Shown: positions 1 through 10,628, counted from the stretch's first letter. The stretch: 64,000 nucleotides of DNA from Nitrospira sp. (GCA_047150005.1 AP038806.1:2240001-2304000), one strand, 5' to 3'. The notes: generated by a model not told the origin, from the sequence alone. Program-made: numbers and translations.

Positions 1-2
1 GC

Positions 3-761
3 CTAGCCATGCAAGCACGCGCTCACGGTATCCCTCTGTTTGTCGTGGGCGGCACGAACCTTTTGATCCGGGACGGCGGCATCCGGGGAATCGTGGTGCA
101 CTTGGGAAAGCTCCGTGCGATCAGGGAAGAACCGGGGGAAGTGTTGTACGCCGAAGGAGGCGTGGGAATGCCGACGTTGATCGGTTATGCCGTCCGGCGG
201 GCTCTCGCCGGACTCGAATGGGCGGCGGGAATTCCCGGCACCGTCGCAGGGTGCGTCGTCATGAATGCGGGAACGAGACTGGGTGAGATGAAGGATGCGC
301 TGAAGGCCGTACGCGTCGTAACCGCCGCGGGCGTGGTCCGCGATATTCCGGCGTCGGCCATTCCGTTCGAGTACCGGCGCGCCAACCTTCCCAAGGGCAT
401 CGTGGTCGGCGTGTGGCTGCAATTGCGCAAAGGGATCAGGGGAGACATCGAGCGGGTGGTCAAAGAGTATCTCCACTATCGACGCGACACGCAGCCGCTC
501 ACGCTGCCCAGCGCCGGGTGCGTCTTCAAAAATCCGGCCAACGATTCCGCAGGCCGCCTGATCGAGGCGATGCAACTCAAGGGGCTACGCGTGGGCGATG
601 CGGAAGTGTCGACCAGACATGGGAATTTCATCGTGAATCGCGGGCGAGCCCGGGCCAGCGACGTCATCGCCTTGATCGGAAAAATCCGGCGCGCGATCAA
701 GCGACAGGCCGGTGTGCGATTGGATCTGGAACTCCGGATCGTCGGAATGGCCGGACGGTGA
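3..761 (+). CDS. murB: UDP-N-acetylmuramate dehydrogenase (5'-truncated by window edge)
   Basis: GGTNLL, GLEWAAGIPGTVAG..MNAG, PSAGCVFKNP and HGNFIVN motifs; lies upstream of ddl-ftsQAZ. Confidence 0.95.
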   Translation, partial: LAMQARAHGIPLFVVGGTNLLIRDGGIRGIVVHLGKLRAIREEPGEVLYAEGGVGMPTLIGYAVRRALAGLEWAAGIPGTVAGCVVMNAGTRLGEMKDALKAVRVVTAAGVVRDIPASAIPFEYRRANLPKGIVVGVWLQLRKGIRGDIERVVKEYLHYRRDTQPLTLPSAGCVFKNPANDSAGRLIEAMQLKGLRVGDAEVSTRHGNFIVNRGRARASDVIALIGKIRRAIKRQAGVRLDLELRIVGMAGR

Positions 762-830
762 GCATTTGAGGATTGCACGAACAAATGGCAGCTGCAACCT
801 TCGATGAGGGTTGACGGCGGAAATAGCAAG

Positions 831-1823
831 ATGGCTCAACGTTCTTTATTGACCAAGGTTCGGATCGGGGTTTTGATGGGAGGACAGTCTTCCGAGCGGG
901 AGGTGTCGCTCCGTACCGGGTCGGCTGTTCATCGTGCCCTGCGCCGGAGAGGATATGATGCCGTCGCGATCGACGTCGGTCCCGGCTTGAGCCGAGATCT
1001 TCAGAAGCATCGGATTGCCGTCGCATTCCTGGCCTTGCATGGACCGGGAGGGGAAGACGGATCCATCCAAGGTTTTCTGGAGACCCTTGGCATCCCCTAT
1101 ACGGGGTCGGGTATCCAAGCCAGCTCTGTTGGCATGCACAAAGTCACGACCAAGACGATTTTGGCGGCGCATGACATTCCGGTGCCTCCCGGTTTGGTGC
1201 TAAAGCGCGGACAGGTCCTGTCGGACGGCCAAGCCTTGCGGGAGGCGAAACTGCGCTGGCCGGTCGTCGTGAAGCCGGCATCCGAAGGGTCGACGATCGG
1301 CGTGACCATCGTGAAACACCGAGCACAATGGAACAAGGCTCTGGCGTTGGCCCACCGCTACGACCGAGACGCGGTGGTCGAAGCCTACATTCCCGGCCAC
1401 GAAGTCACGGTTTCGTTGCTCGGTCGAGGGGGACGAGCGCCGCTCGTGCTGCCGGCGGTCGAAATCGTCGCTCCTGGGGGTTTTTACGACTACTCCGCGA
1501 AGTACGAAAAGGGAAAGACCCGCTATCTCTGCCCGGCGCCGCTTTCGGCACCCGTCACCGGGAAGATCCGCTCGCTGGCGTTGCGCGCGTATGAAGTCCT
1601 GGATTGCGCCGGGGCCGCCCGTGTCGATTTTCGTATTACGCCGCGCGGGCGTCCCTATGTGTTGGAGATCAATACGGCACCGGGCATGACCGAGACGAGC
1701 CTTCTTCCGATGGCTGCGGCCCAAGCGGGGATCGGCTACGACGACCTGACGGAACGGATCCTCGAATCAGCCGTGGGACGGATGTCCACTCAAGGATTGA
1801 AGGGAAGGACGCGACGGCCATGA
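831..1823 (+). CDS. ddl: D-alanine--D-alanine ligase
   Basis: GGQSSEREVS, LHGPGGEDGSIQG, FYDYSAKY and LEINTAPGMT motifs; start moved to ATG 831. Confidence 0.95.
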   Translation: MAQRSLLTKVRIGVLMGGQSSEREVSLRTGSAVHRALRRRGYDAVAIDVGPGLSRDLQKHRIAVAFLALHGPGGEDGSIQGFLETLGIPYTGSGIQASSVGMHKVTTKTILAAHDIPVPPGLVLKRGQVLSDGQALREAKLRWPVVVKPASEGSTIGVTIVKHRAQWNKALALAHRYDRDAVVEAYIPGHEVTVSLLGRGGRAPLVLPAVEIVAPGGFYDYSAKYEKGKTRYLCPAPLSAPVTGKIRSLALRAYEVLDCAGAARVDFRITPRGRPYVLEINTAPGMTETSLLPMAAAQAGIGYDDLTERILESAVGRMSTQGLKGRTRRP

Positions 1824-2689
1824 TGCGGCTATTCAGAAGAAAACCGAAAGCCGGGGAACCGGTCTATCGCCAAAACCGCTGGAGAGAGTCGCGCGGCCTG
1901 GTCGAAAGCGAGCGTCGGCAACGGCGCTGGGCACGCATCAGAACGACCTGGCATCCGAAAATGCGGATTGTCGCGTGGGTGGCGGGTTTCGCGATGAGCC
2001 TGTGGGCGGGAATGCTGGGCATGCGCCACCTCGCGCCGATCATCGAACGCGGCCTGGAAATTCGCGAGATTCAGATCCAAGGCGTCCACCATGTCGCGCG
2101 TGAGGAGGTGCTCGCACGGTTGGCGCTGAAGAACGGAACGGCCCTGCACCGGATCAGCCTTTCCTTTTTGGCTGAGCGACTACGGACGATCGCGTGGATT
2201 AAGGAGGCCACGCTGGAACGATTGCCATTGCACACCCTCAGGGTCACCGTGGTGGAGCGCCAGCCCGCCGCCATCGCGCGAGTCGGGTGGGAATATCTGC
2301 TGCTGGATGAGGAAGGAATCGTGCTGACGCGCCTCGGCGATGAGGATCAACCGTCGCTTCCGCTGATCATGGGGGCGGGTCAGAAACTCCTCATTCAGGG
2401 GGAGTCCGGTCTGCGACGGACCGTGCAGTCGTCGATCGAATTGGCCAGGACGATGGCGCATAGCGTCGAGGAACGTGTGGAAATCGATGTCTCCGACCCG
2501 CTGAATCTTGTCGCGTCGATCAAGGGAATGCGCTTTCAGTTTGGTCACGATTCCTTATTGGATCAGTGGAATCGCTTCCGCATGGTGAAAGCCGTGTTCA
2601 AGCCCGGCACGCTGGACGGCCGGAAGCGCGAACTCGGCGAAGTGGACCTGCGGTACGACAATCGCGTCATCGTGCGGGAAAGGGGGTAA
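1820..2689 (+). CDS. ftsQ: Cell division protein FtsQ/DivIB
   Basis: Basic N-terminus, one TM segment, POTRA-like region (..LPLHTLRVTVVER), C-terminal VDLRY; ATGA overlap with ddl stop. Confidence 0.88.
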   Translation: MMRLFRRKPKAGEPVYRQNRWRESRGLVESERRQRRWARIRTTWHPKMRIVAWVAGFAMSLWAGMLGMRHLAPIIERGLEIREIQIQGVHHVAREEVLARLALKNGTALHRISLSFLAERLRTIAWIKEATLERLPLHTLRVTVVERQPAAIARVGWEYLLLDEEGIVLTRLGDEDQPSLPLIMGAGQKLLIQGESGLRRTVQSSIELARTMAHSVEERVEIDVSDPLNLVASIKGMRFQFGHDSLLDQWNRFRMVKAVFKPGTLDGRKRELGEVDLRYDNRVIVRERG

Positions 2690-2693
2690 GGCT

Positions 2694-3929
2694 GTGGCGA
2701 AGCGGGATCAAATTCTCGTGGGGTTGGACATCGGGACCACGAAGATCTGCGCCATCGTTTCGGAGATCATGGACGATGGGTCGCTCAGCATCATCGGTGT
2801 GGGATCGAGCCCTTCCCGCGGTCTCCGCAAAGGCGTGGTGGTTGATATCGAGAGCACGGTGGAATCGATCAAGAAAGCGGTGGAAGAGGCGGAACTCATG
2901 GCGGCGGTCCAGATCAACTCCGTCTACACGGGTATTGCGGGCAGTCACATTTCAGCGGAAAATTGCAAAGGCGTGGTGGCGCTGAAAAAATCCGAGGTGA
3001 CCCGCGACGACGTGCAGCGCGCGATCGAAAGCGCCAGAACGCTCGCGGTGATTCCTCACGAACGCCGGATCCTTCATGTATTGCCGAGAGAATTCATGGT
3101 GGACGGCCAAGAGGGAGTTCGCGAGCCGCTGGGACTTTCCGGCAATCGACTCGAAGTCAACGTGCACGTCATTACGGGAGCGGTCACGTCCGCTCAAAAC
3201 ATCATCAAGAGCGTCAACCGCGCCGGTCTCGACGTCGTGGACATTATTCTGCAGCCTCTGGCCTCCAGCGAAGCCGTTCTCAGTCAGGAAGAACGGGATC
3301 TCGGCGTGGCCATGGTCGATCTCGGCGGCGGCACGACCGATCTCGCGATCTTTCTCGACGGCAGCATCAGGCACTCGGCCGTGCTTCCTATCGGGGGGCA
3401 GAATCTCACCAAAGACTTGGCCATCGGCCTGCTGACGTCGCAGACGGAGGCGGAGAAGATCAAGGTCCAGTACGGCCTGGCCCGTACGGATCTCGTTCAC
3501 GGCCATGAGCGTGTGGAAGTGCCTTCGGTGGGAGACCGGCCGGCCCGGACGTTTTCGCGGCGCGATATCGCGGAGATTCTCGAGCCCCGCGTCGACGAAA
3601 TGTTCGAGTTGGTTCGCCGTGAGATTGCTCGGGCGGGCTATGAAGGCATGCTGGGGGCCGGGGTGGTCATTACAGGCGGGACCTCGCTGTTGGACGGGAT
3701 GCCCGATGCTGCCGAGCATGTCCTCAATCTGCCGGCGCGTCGCGGCGTGCCGGGCGGTATCGGCGGGCTTCGTGACATCGTGAGCAATCCCATGCATGCG
3801 ACGGGCGTGGGGCTGTTGATGCACGCGCGGCGGCACACCGAGGAAATGGCGGCCGCGGGCCTGCGCAGCGGGCGGCCGCTCAGCCGGGTATTGGATCGGA
3901 TGAAGTCCTGGATGTTTGAGTTCTTTTAA
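2694..3929 (+). CDS. ftsA: Cell division protein FtsA
   Basis: GLDIGTTKI and VDLGGGTTD actin-like motifs; C-terminal amphipathic helix (KSWMFEFF). Confidence 0.97.
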   Translation: MAKRDQILVGLDIGTTKICAIVSEIMDDGSLSIIGVGSSPSRGLRKGVVVDIESTVESIKKAVEEAELMAAVQINSVYTGIAGSHISAENCKGVVALKKSEVTRDDVQRAIESARTLAVIPHERRILHVLPREFMVDGQEGVREPLGLSGNRLEVNVHVITGAVTSAQNIIKSVNRAGLDVVDIILQPLASSEAVLSQEERDLGVAMVDLGGGTTDLAIFLDGSIRHSAVLPIGGQNLTKDLAIGLLTSQTEAEKIKVQYGLARTDLVHGHERVEVPSVGDRPARTFSRRDIAEILEPRVDEMFELVRREIARAGYEGMLGAGVVITGGTSLLDGMPDAAEHVLNLPARRGVPGGIGGLRDIVSNPMHATGVGLLMHARRHTEEMAAAGLRSGRPLSRVLDRMKSWMFEFF

Positions 3930-3982
3930 CGTTCGCGTGCGGTGCAAGGCCGCCACGCGGTTAGCCCAAGGGAGGTGCCCTG

Positions 3983-5161
3983 ATGTTCTCATTTCAAGAA
4001 GATGTCCTCTCCCCCGTCCGGATCAAAGTCATCGGGGTCGGGGGAGCGGGGTGCAACGCAGTCAATACCATGATTGCATCGGGGCTGGCTCGCGTCGATT
4101 TCATCGCCGCGAACACCGACTTGCAAGCGCTGGATCGGTCGCGGGCCGCCTACAAGGTTCAGTTGGGACCCGAGAGGACGCGCGGCCTCGGAGCCGGCGC
4201 GAAGCCGGAAATCGGAAAAGAATCGGCGTTGGAGAGCAAAGACCAAGTGCGCGAATGTCTGGAAGGAGCGGACATGGTCTTCGTGACCGCCGGCATGGGC
4301 GGCGGGACCGGAACCGGTGCGGCGCCGATCGTCGCGAGCATCGCCAGGGAACTGGGTATTCTGACCGTCGGAGTGGTGACGAAGCCGTTCCAGTATGAGG
4401 GACACCGGCGGATGTTGCACGCCGATGAAGGCATCAGAGACTTGAGGCGCCACGTCGACACCCTGTTGATAATTCCGAACCAGCGACTCCTCGGCATCGT
4501 CGACAAGACGACGCCTCTGTTGGAGGCATTCAAGGTAGCCGACGACGTCTTGCGTCAGGCGATCCAAGGCATAGCGGATGTGATCACCACGACCGGCCAT
4601 GTGAATGTGGATTTTGCCGACGTCCGCACGATCATGTCGCACACCGGGCGCGCCGTGATGGGCATGGGCGTGTCGCGCGGGACCAATCGGGCGATCGAGG
4701 CTGCGCAGAAGGCGATCTGCAGTCCATTGCTGGAAGAGGGAAGCGTCGAGGGGGCTAGAGGCGTGCTGCTGAATATCACGGGCGGTCCCAACATGTCGCT
4801 GCATGAAATCGAGGAAGCTGCGTCGATCATTCAGCAGACCGCGGATCCGGAGGCCAACATCATCGTCGGACAGGTCATCAATCCCGATATGGGCGACGAT
4901 CTGGTCGTCACGGTCATTGCGACCGGGTTCGAACGCGAAGAACAGGCGGCGGCCGTGCCCGTGGGTGCGGCCCGTGTGTCACGGACGACCCCGCAGGCGA
5001 TGAGCGCTGTTGGAATGGCCGTGGCGGATCGGCATCACAAAGACATCGACCGGCCGACGTTCTTGCGTCGGAGTGAACTGGCCCAGTCAGTGGATCGCGC
5101 GGTGCTTCCGGCTGAGGACGAGTGGGACGTGCCGACGTTCTTGAGAAAACAAGCGGACTGA
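3983..5161 (+). CDS. ftsZ: Cell division protein FtsZ
   Basis: GGGTGTG tubulin signature, NVDFAD, C-terminal DVPTFLRKQ peptide. Confidence 0.99.
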   Translation: MFSFQEDVLSPVRIKVIGVGGAGCNAVNTMIASGLARVDFIAANTDLQALDRSRAAYKVQLGPERTRGLGAGAKPEIGKESALESKDQVRECLEGADMVFVTAGMGGGTGTGAAPIVASIARELGILTVGVVTKPFQYEGHRRMLHADEGIRDLRRHVDTLLIIPNQRLLGIVDKTTPLLEAFKVADDVLRQAIQGIADVITTTGHVNVDFADVRTIMSHTGRAVMGMGVSRGTNRAIEAAQKAICSPLLEEGSVEGARGVLLNITGGPNMSLHEIEEAASIIQQTADPEANIIVGQVINPDMGDDLVVTVIATGFEREEQAAAVPVGAARVSRTTPQAMSAVGMAVADRHHKDIDRPTFLRRSELAQSVDRAVLPAEDEWDVPTFLRKQAD

Positions 5162-5177
5162 TCGGAAGGGTTGTCCG

Positions 5178-5912
5178 GTGCACACGAACGGTCCGGTCAT
5201 CACCGTGCCGGCATTCGCTTCCTCGCGGGACGGCGTCCGCCATTTTTTCGGTACGCGCCGTCACGCCGACAGCCTAGCGCTCGAGATCGGCGTGCCGACT
5301 GCGGGTCCACGTCGCAGGGGATGGTTATTGTCCGTCAAACAGGTGCACGGCACCGACGCGTTGATTCTCAACCGACCGCTGACCCAAGACGATCGATTCG
5401 ACGGAGAGTGGGACGCACTGGTCACGGATCAGCCAGGCGTGACCGTGATCGTGCGAACAGCGGACTGCGTGCCGGTCCTGATCTATGACCGTCGTCGGCG
5501 GGCGGTGGCGGCCATTCATGCGGGATGGCGCGGCGCGGTGGCGGAAATCGTACCCAAGACGATCTCCCTGCTCGTAGAACGGTTTCACATGACGGCGGCG
5601 GAGCTTCGCGTCAGCATCGGTCCCTCGGCCGGGCCCTGCTGCTACGAGGTCGACGAGCCTGTACTGAGCGCGTTGCGGCAGCGGATGCCGGAATGGGAGT
5701 CCGTCGTCCGGGGTGCCGAGGGCGCCAGGGCGCGGCTGGATCTGAAGCAGCTGGTTCGCCGTCAGGTGGAACGGATCGGCATTGCACCGGCGCAGATCAC
5801 CACCGTCAATCTGTGTACGATCTGTCATGACGACCTGTTTTACTCCTATCGCCGGGAAGGACGCGTGACCGGCACGATGGTCAGCGGCATCGCGTTGATG
5901 CCGCGCCGTTGA
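5178..5912 (+). CDS. pgeF: Peptidoglycan editing factor PgeF / YfiH family
   Basis: QVHG, TADCVPV, HAGWRG and YSYRR motifs. Confidence 0.92.
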   Translation: MHTNGPVITVPAFASSRDGVRHFFGTRRHADSLALEIGVPTAGPRRRGWLLSVKQVHGTDALILNRPLTQDDRFDGEWDALVTDQPGVTVIVRTADCVPVLIYDRRRRAVAAIHAGWRGAVAEIVPKTISLLVERFHMTAAELRVSIGPSAGPCCYEVDEPVLSALRQRMPEWESVVRGAEGARARLDLKQLVRRQVERIGIAPAQITTVNLCTICHDDLFYSYRREGRVTGTMVSGIALMPRR

Positions 5913-5967
5913 CGCCCTGCTCGCAAACGGGCTGGATTTCTTTTATGAACGTGCAGGCTTCGCGCGT

Positions 5968-6678
5968 ATGGTTGTGCGGACGGCCGACTCAATCGCAGAT
6001 CGTCTCAAGGCCGTGATGGATCGCATCCGGCAGGCCGCTTTGGCCGCCGGCCGAGAACCGGCCAGCGTCCGTCTGGTAGCGGCCACCAAGGCGGTTTCCG
6101 CGGAACGTGTCCGCGAAGCGGTTGTGGCGGGATTGCGCCTTGCCGGCGAGAATCGACTGCAGGAGGCGATCCTCAAGATCCAGGCTCTCCGCGACGAGCC
6201 CCTCCGGTGGCACTTCATCGGGCAACTGCAACGTCGCAAAGTCCGCGAGGTCGTTGCACGGTTCGATATCATTCATTCGGTGGACACGTTGGAATTGGCG
6301 TTGGAAATCGACCGGCGGGCTGAAGCGGCCGCAATTCGGCAGGATGTGCTGTTGGAGGTCAATGTGGCCGGCGAGCCGACAAAGGCGGGGTTCTCTCCCG
6401 ATCAGCTTGAGGAGCAGCTCTCGCAATTCTCGGGACTGACGCACCTGTGCATCCGTGGACTGATGACGATTCCGCCGCCGGTCGATAATCCGGAGCGGAC
6501 CAGGGTCCATTTCCGCGCCCTGCGCGAGCTGGCCGGGCGCTTATCGGGCCAGGCTGTTCCGGGGGTCGAAATGACGGAGCTTTCGATGGGGATGTCGAGT
6601 GACTACGTCGTGGCTGTGGAGGAGGGGGCGACGCTTGTGCGGGTGGGAACGGCCATCTTCGGGAGGCGGGATGCCTGA
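5968..6678 (+). CDS. yggS: YggS family PLP homeostasis protein
   Basis: GENRLQE, WHFIGQLQ, LSMGMS and VRVGTAIFG motifs. Confidence 0.95.
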   Translation: MVVRTADSIADRLKAVMDRIRQAALAAGREPASVRLVAATKAVSAERVREAVVAGLRLAGENRLQEAILKIQALRDEPLRWHFIGQLQRRKVREVVARFDIIHSVDTLELALEIDRRAEAAAIRQDVLLEVNVAGEPTKAGFSPDQLEEQLSQFSGLTHLCIRGLMTIPPPVDNPERTRVHFRALRELAGRLSGQAVPGVEMTELSMGMSSDYVVAVEEGATLVRVGTAIFGRRDA

Positions 6679-7483
6679 TCCTGTCACATCGGTGGGCTTC
6701 GTCGGCGGCGGGCAGATGGCGGAGGCTATTGTCGGCGGGATGCTCGGTGCAGGGCTGTGCTCGCCGGAATCGGTCTGGGCGACCGATCCCGTCGCCGCGA
6801 GACGCGATCGGTTGAAGACTGTGTTCGGTATCCGTGTCGGCGAAGACAATCGTGCGTTGACAGCATGGGCCGATCTGGTCATTCTGGCCGTCAAACCACA
6901 AGTGCTTCCCAGTGTGTTGAAGGAGATCGGCCCTTTCCTCGCCGGGAAGCTCGTCGTCTCGATCATTGCCGGAGTGCCCATCCGAGTTATCGCTGAACAA
7001 ATCCCGGGCGCCGGCGACATCATCCGCGCCATGCCTAATCAGCCGGTATTCGTGCGTGAAGGAATGACGGCGCTTGCGGGTGGTGCCGACATGCAGACCC
7101 ATGACTCTGGTTTTGTCCGCGCGATGTTTGAAGCGGTGGGTCGAGTGGTGGAGGTGGAGGAACGGCTGATGGATGCGGTGACGGGGCTCAGCGGCAGCGG
7201 TCCGGCGTATGTGTTTCAAGCCATCGAGGCATTGGCCGACGGCGGGGTGAAGATGGGCCTGCCTCGGGGCACCGCGGAACTCCTGGCCGCGCAAACCGTA
7301 CTCGGTGCCGCGCGAATGGTATTGGAATCGCGGGAGCATCCTGCCACACTCAAAGACCGCGTGGCGTCTCCCGGCGGGACGACGATTGCGGGCCTGCACC
7401 GGCTTGAACAAGGCGGCTTCCGTGCTACACTGATGGGGGCCGTCGAGGCGGCCACGAGGCGATCGGAGGAATTAGCACGCTGA
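6671..7483 (+). CDS. proC: Pyrroline-5-carboxylate reductase
   Basis: GFVGGGQM, LAVKPQ, RAMPN, GLSGSGPAY, SPGGTT; start at ATG 6671 after GGGAGG. Confidence 0.95.
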   Translation: MPDPVTSVGFVGGGQMAEAIVGGMLGAGLCSPESVWATDPVAARRDRLKTVFGIRVGEDNRALTAWADLVILAVKPQVLPSVLKEIGPFLAGKLVVSIIAGVPIRVIAEQIPGAGDIIRAMPNQPVFVREGMTALAGGADMQTHDSGFVRAMFEAVGRVVEVEERLMDAVTGLSGSGPAYVFQAIEALADGGVKMGLPRGTAELLAAQTVLGAARMVLESREHPATLKDRVASPGGTTIAGLHRLEQGGFRATLMGAVEAATRRSEELAR

Positions 7484-7779
7484 TGTTCATCGGAGGCAAT
7501 ATCCTGCAGGCGGTCGCGACCGTTCTGGATACGGTTCTCTGGTTGTACATGTGGGTCATCATCGCCAGGGCTCTGATCTCGTGGGTGAATCCGGATCCCT
7601 GGAACCCGATCGTGCAGTTTCTCGTTCGCGTCACGGAGCCGGTCTTGTCCCCCATTCGCCGATGGGTTGGGTGGCGGATGGGTATTGATCTTTCTCCGAT
7701 TATCGCCATCCTCGCGATCACGTTCTTGCAGCTTGCCTTGGTCCAGACACTCCGCGATATTGCTGTCCGGTTGAACTGA
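7483..7779 (+). CDS. yggT: YggT family membrane protein
   Basis: SWVNPDPWNP..TEPVL.PIRR..IDLSPI. Confidence 0.92.
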   Translation: MFIGGNILQAVATVLDTVLWLYMWVIIARALISWVNPDPWNPIVQFLVRVTEPVLSPIRRWVGWRMGIDLSPIIAILAITFLQLALVQTLRDIAVRLN

Positions 7780-7798
7780 ATCGATCAAGGGGGACGCC

Positions 7799-8311
7799 AT
7801 GAAGATCACGCCACTCGATATCCAGCAAATGGTGTTCAAGACCAGCTTCCGTGGCTATGACAAGGAAGAGGTCAACCGCTTTCTGGAGGAGATCGCAGAA
7901 ACCGTCGAGCTGTTGAACCGGGACAACGCGGTGCAGCGGGAAAAAACCGTTCTTCTTGAACAGCAAATCACCGAACTCAAGCGGACGGAAGTCACGCTGT
8001 CCAATACGCTGGTGTCCGCGCAATCACTGGCAGAGGACGTCAAGCGCAGTGCCCAACGCGAATCGGACCTCATCATCAAGGAAGCGGAGCTCAAGGCGGG
8101 AGAAATGATCCGGCAGGCTCGGGTGGAGTTGCACAACACCCAGCGGGACTTGACGGCGCTTCAAAAGCAACGGCTTCTGATGGTGGAACGACTTCGTGCG
8201 ACGTTGCGCACGTTCGAGCGGATGCTGGAAGTCGAGGAACAGGAGGCGTTCAGCGACGCGGACTCCACGCCTGAAGGCAAACTCGAAGGGCAGTCGAGCC
8301 AGGCGTTGTGA
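7799..8311 (+). CDS. divIVA: DivIVA domain protein
   Basis: ITPLDI..FKTSFRGYDKEEV N-terminal motif followed by coiled coil. Confidence 0.9.
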   Translation: MKITPLDIQQMVFKTSFRGYDKEEVNRFLEEIAETVELLNRDNAVQREKTVLLEQQITELKRTEVTLSNTLVSAQSLAEDVKRSAQRESDLIIKEAELKAGEMIRQARVELHNTQRDLTALQKQRLLMVERLRATLRTFERMLEVEEQEAFSDADSTPEGKLEGQSSQAL

Positions 8312-8390
8312 TCTGCGGCGCGATCTCCGGAGTGATCAGTCGCTCGAATACCTGCCGTCCTTCCCGAAAGCTCTCATTTCCAGATTTCTT

Positions 8391-9542
8391 ATGAGGCTGC
8401 CGCCTGCGATTCATGCGGAGCTGCAATCCGCCGTGAACGACGGCGTGTTTCCCGGCGTTGTTCTCGCGGTTCGGTTGCGAGGACAGGCGCCGTATCTTGC
8501 CGCGGCGGGACGATTGTCTTCGGGCTCCGCCAGTCCGCCGGCGGAAGTCTTCACACTCTACGATCTCGCGTCACTGACCAAGCCGCTGGTTACCGTCACC
8601 TCGATCCTGATGCTCGTGCAACGGGCCGAACTCTGCCTGGATGATCCAATCGAAAATCGCCTGCCGGAACTCGCGGGTAGTGCCGTCGGGCAGGCCTCAT
8701 TGAAAGACCTGCTGACGCACAGCTCCGGCCTCCCAGGATGGAGGCCGTTGTATGAGCGGTTGTATGAAGGGACGGCGGTGAAGGGCCGGGTACCTGGTTG
8801 CATCGAGCCGCTAGCCGCCAGGTCTGCGGTGCTGGACCTGATCCGTAACGAGCCGTTGGTCTATGCCAGAGGGACCAGGAGCCTGTATAGCGACCTGGGG
8901 TTCATCCTTCTCGGGCTCCTCGTCGAACGGGTGGCCGGAGTCATGTTGGACGAGTGGTATCGTTTGGCGGTGACGGATACTCTCGGCGCCGCTCCGTTAC
9001 TGTTTGCTCCCATCTCAGGAGCGGGCGTCGACAGCGAGCTCTCCACCGAGAAGGCTGCGGGGATTGCCCCGACCGAGTACGATACCTGGCGGCAGAGACT
9101 GCTGAGGGGAGAAGTTCATGACGAGAATGCTGCGGCTCTGGGCGGGATCGCCGGCCATGCCGGACTTTTCGGGACGGCTGAAGGAGTCCTCGCCGTTTCC
9201 GGACCCTGGCTGGACGCGTACCATGGAAAGGACTCGATCTTCTCTCCCGACCTCGTTCGCCGCTTCGTTGCCCGGCAGACGAACGTTCCGCAGTCGAGTT
9301 GGGCTTTGGGGTGGGATACACCGACCAAGCCTTCGTCTTCCGGCAGCTATTTCTCGGAATGCGCCTTCGGACATCTCGGATACACGGGAACGTCGGTATG
9401 GGTAGATCCGATTCGAAACCTTGAAGTCGTGATCCTGTCGAACCGCGTGCATCCGACCAGAAGAAATGAGAAGATCCGCGAATTTCGCCCGCGAATTCAC
9501 GATCTGATCATTCGAGAGTTCGCGCTGTCGGAGAGAGGCTAG
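8391..9542 (+). CDS. Serine hydrolase, beta-lactamase/AmpC-like family
   Basis: DLASLTK (SxxK), LLTHSSGL, YSD, GHAGLF, GHLGYTG; start approximate. Confidence 0.85.
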   Translation: MRLPPAIHAELQSAVNDGVFPGVVLAVRLRGQAPYLAAAGRLSSGSASPPAEVFTLYDLASLTKPLVTVTSILMLVQRAELCLDDPIENRLPELAGSAVGQASLKDLLTHSSGLPGWRPLYERLYEGTAVKGRVPGCIEPLAARSAVLDLIRNEPLVYARGTRSLYSDLGFILLGLLVERVAGVMLDEWYRLAVTDTLGAAPLLFAPISGAGVDSELSTEKAAGIAPTEYDTWRQRLLRGEVHDENAAALGGIAGHAGLFGTAEGVLAVSGPWLDAYHGKDSIFSPDLVRRFVARQTNVPQSSWALGWDTPTKPSSSGSYFSECAFGHLGYTGTSVWVDPIRNLEVVILSNRVHPTRRNEKIREFRPRIHDLIIREFALSERG

Positions 9543-9856
9543 GCAGGGTCGGGGTAGTCGGTCCAGGTTTCCTTTTCGGCAAGATACTTCGTACCTTTGA
9601 AGTTCGCCCGCGTCCGAAGTCGCCGAAAGCCCAATCGAGAAAGCTTCTCGACAAGCTCCTTCACTGCCGCAGCGATCGTCGGGTGTGACTGTCCTTCGAC
9701 GGTTAGGGCTTCATACATCACCTTGGCCGCGTAACCGGACGTTGTACGGTTGACGAGAATGGCGCGGTTAAAGTAGCGATCGCTGGGATCGACCCCTTCG
9801 ATTTGATGCTTCTCGACCAGTCCGTCCTTTTTGAAGAGTGATGCGAGAGAAGTCAT
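9539..9856 (-). CDS. Hypothetical protein (105 aa)
   Basis: Clean ORF from MTSLASLF with GGAGA SD-like site and its own sigma70-like promoter. Confidence 0.7.
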   Translation of the reverse strand: MTSLASLFKKDGLVEKHQIEGVDPSDRYFNRAILVNRTTSGYAAKVMYEALTVEGQSHPTIAAAVKELVEKLSRLGFRRLRTRANFKGTKYLAEKETWTDYPDPA

Positions 9857-9900
9857 GGGCTCTCCACGAGACCGATCCAACCGTTCGCTTGTCAGGCGGC

Positions 9901-9962
9901 AGTATAGGGAAGGTCCCGGCGGACTGCAAGACATTGACAACCCAAAACGCCCCTCCTATCCT
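9901..9962. promoter_or_regulatory. Back-to-back divergent sigma70-type promoters
   Basis: Minus strand TTGCAG-N17-TATACT (9929-9901); plus strand TTGACA-N17-TATCCT (9934-9962). Confidence 0.7.
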
Positions 9963-10002
9963 TTTTCGTCCGACTGCGCGCGAAGTGGCGCTTCCGACTG
10001 GC

Positions 10003-10539
10003 ATGAATATTCCCAACAGCTTGACTCTGCTGCGCATTCTGTTGATCCCCGTGTATATCGGGCTACTGGTCTATGAGCAATTTGATCAGGCTCTGCTGGT
10101 GTTGCTCGCGGCGGGAGTGACCGACGCGCTCGACGGCACAATCGCCAGGGCGGCGAATCAGAAAACCCGCCTTGGCGCCTTCCTCGATCCTCTGGCCGAC
10201 AAACTGCTGCTGACGTCCGGGTTCATCACGCTGTCGACAATTCACGCGATTCCTTCGTGGGTCACCATCCTCGTGGTCAGTCGGGACGTCATGCTTCTGC
10301 TGGGTACCGCGGTCGCGCAGCTCACCGAGACCGAAATCGATATTACGCCGACCTTCCTCGGGAAAGGCACGACGTTCCTGCAACTCTCCTACGTCCTCCT
10401 GGTGATCTTCTTGAGTTCCCGTCAGATCGACCTGCAGTACCTTCATCCCTTGCTCTTCGGCATGGTGGCCTTCACGCTGCTGTCCGGATTTCACTACCTG
10501 TATCGCGGCTATCGACGGGCAGGTTCCGTCGGCATGTAA
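10003..10539 (+). CDS. pgsA: CDP-alcohol phosphatidyltransferase (PgsA/cardiolipin synthase-like)
   Basis: NIPNSLTLLR and TDALDGTIAR..LGAFLDPLADK signature. Confidence 0.85.
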   Translation: MNIPNSLTLLRILLIPVYIGLLVYEQFDQALLVLLAAGVTDALDGTIARAANQKTRLGAFLDPLADKLLLTSGFITLSTIHAIPSWVTILVVSRDVMLLLGTAVAQLTETEIDITPTFLGKGTTFLQLSYVLLVIFLSSRQIDLQYLHPLLFGMVAFTLLSGFHYLYRGYRRAGSVGM

Positions 10540-10599
10540 TCCGTGTCCCGGTCCGTCATACGAACCGACGTCGGATGCGTGCTCGGAACATGCATTTGT

Positions 10600-10628
10600 T
10601 TGACAGGTTTTGGGGTCGTCAGTAGACT
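10600..10628 (+). promoter_or_regulatory. sigma70-type promoter of pilC
   Basis: TTGACA-N17-TAGACT. Confidence 0.7.

Noticed and set aside
8391..9542. Antibiotic-resistance beta-lactamase
   Set aside because: No signal peptide, YSD instead of YxN and HLG instead of KTG; fits the broader esterase/amidase family.
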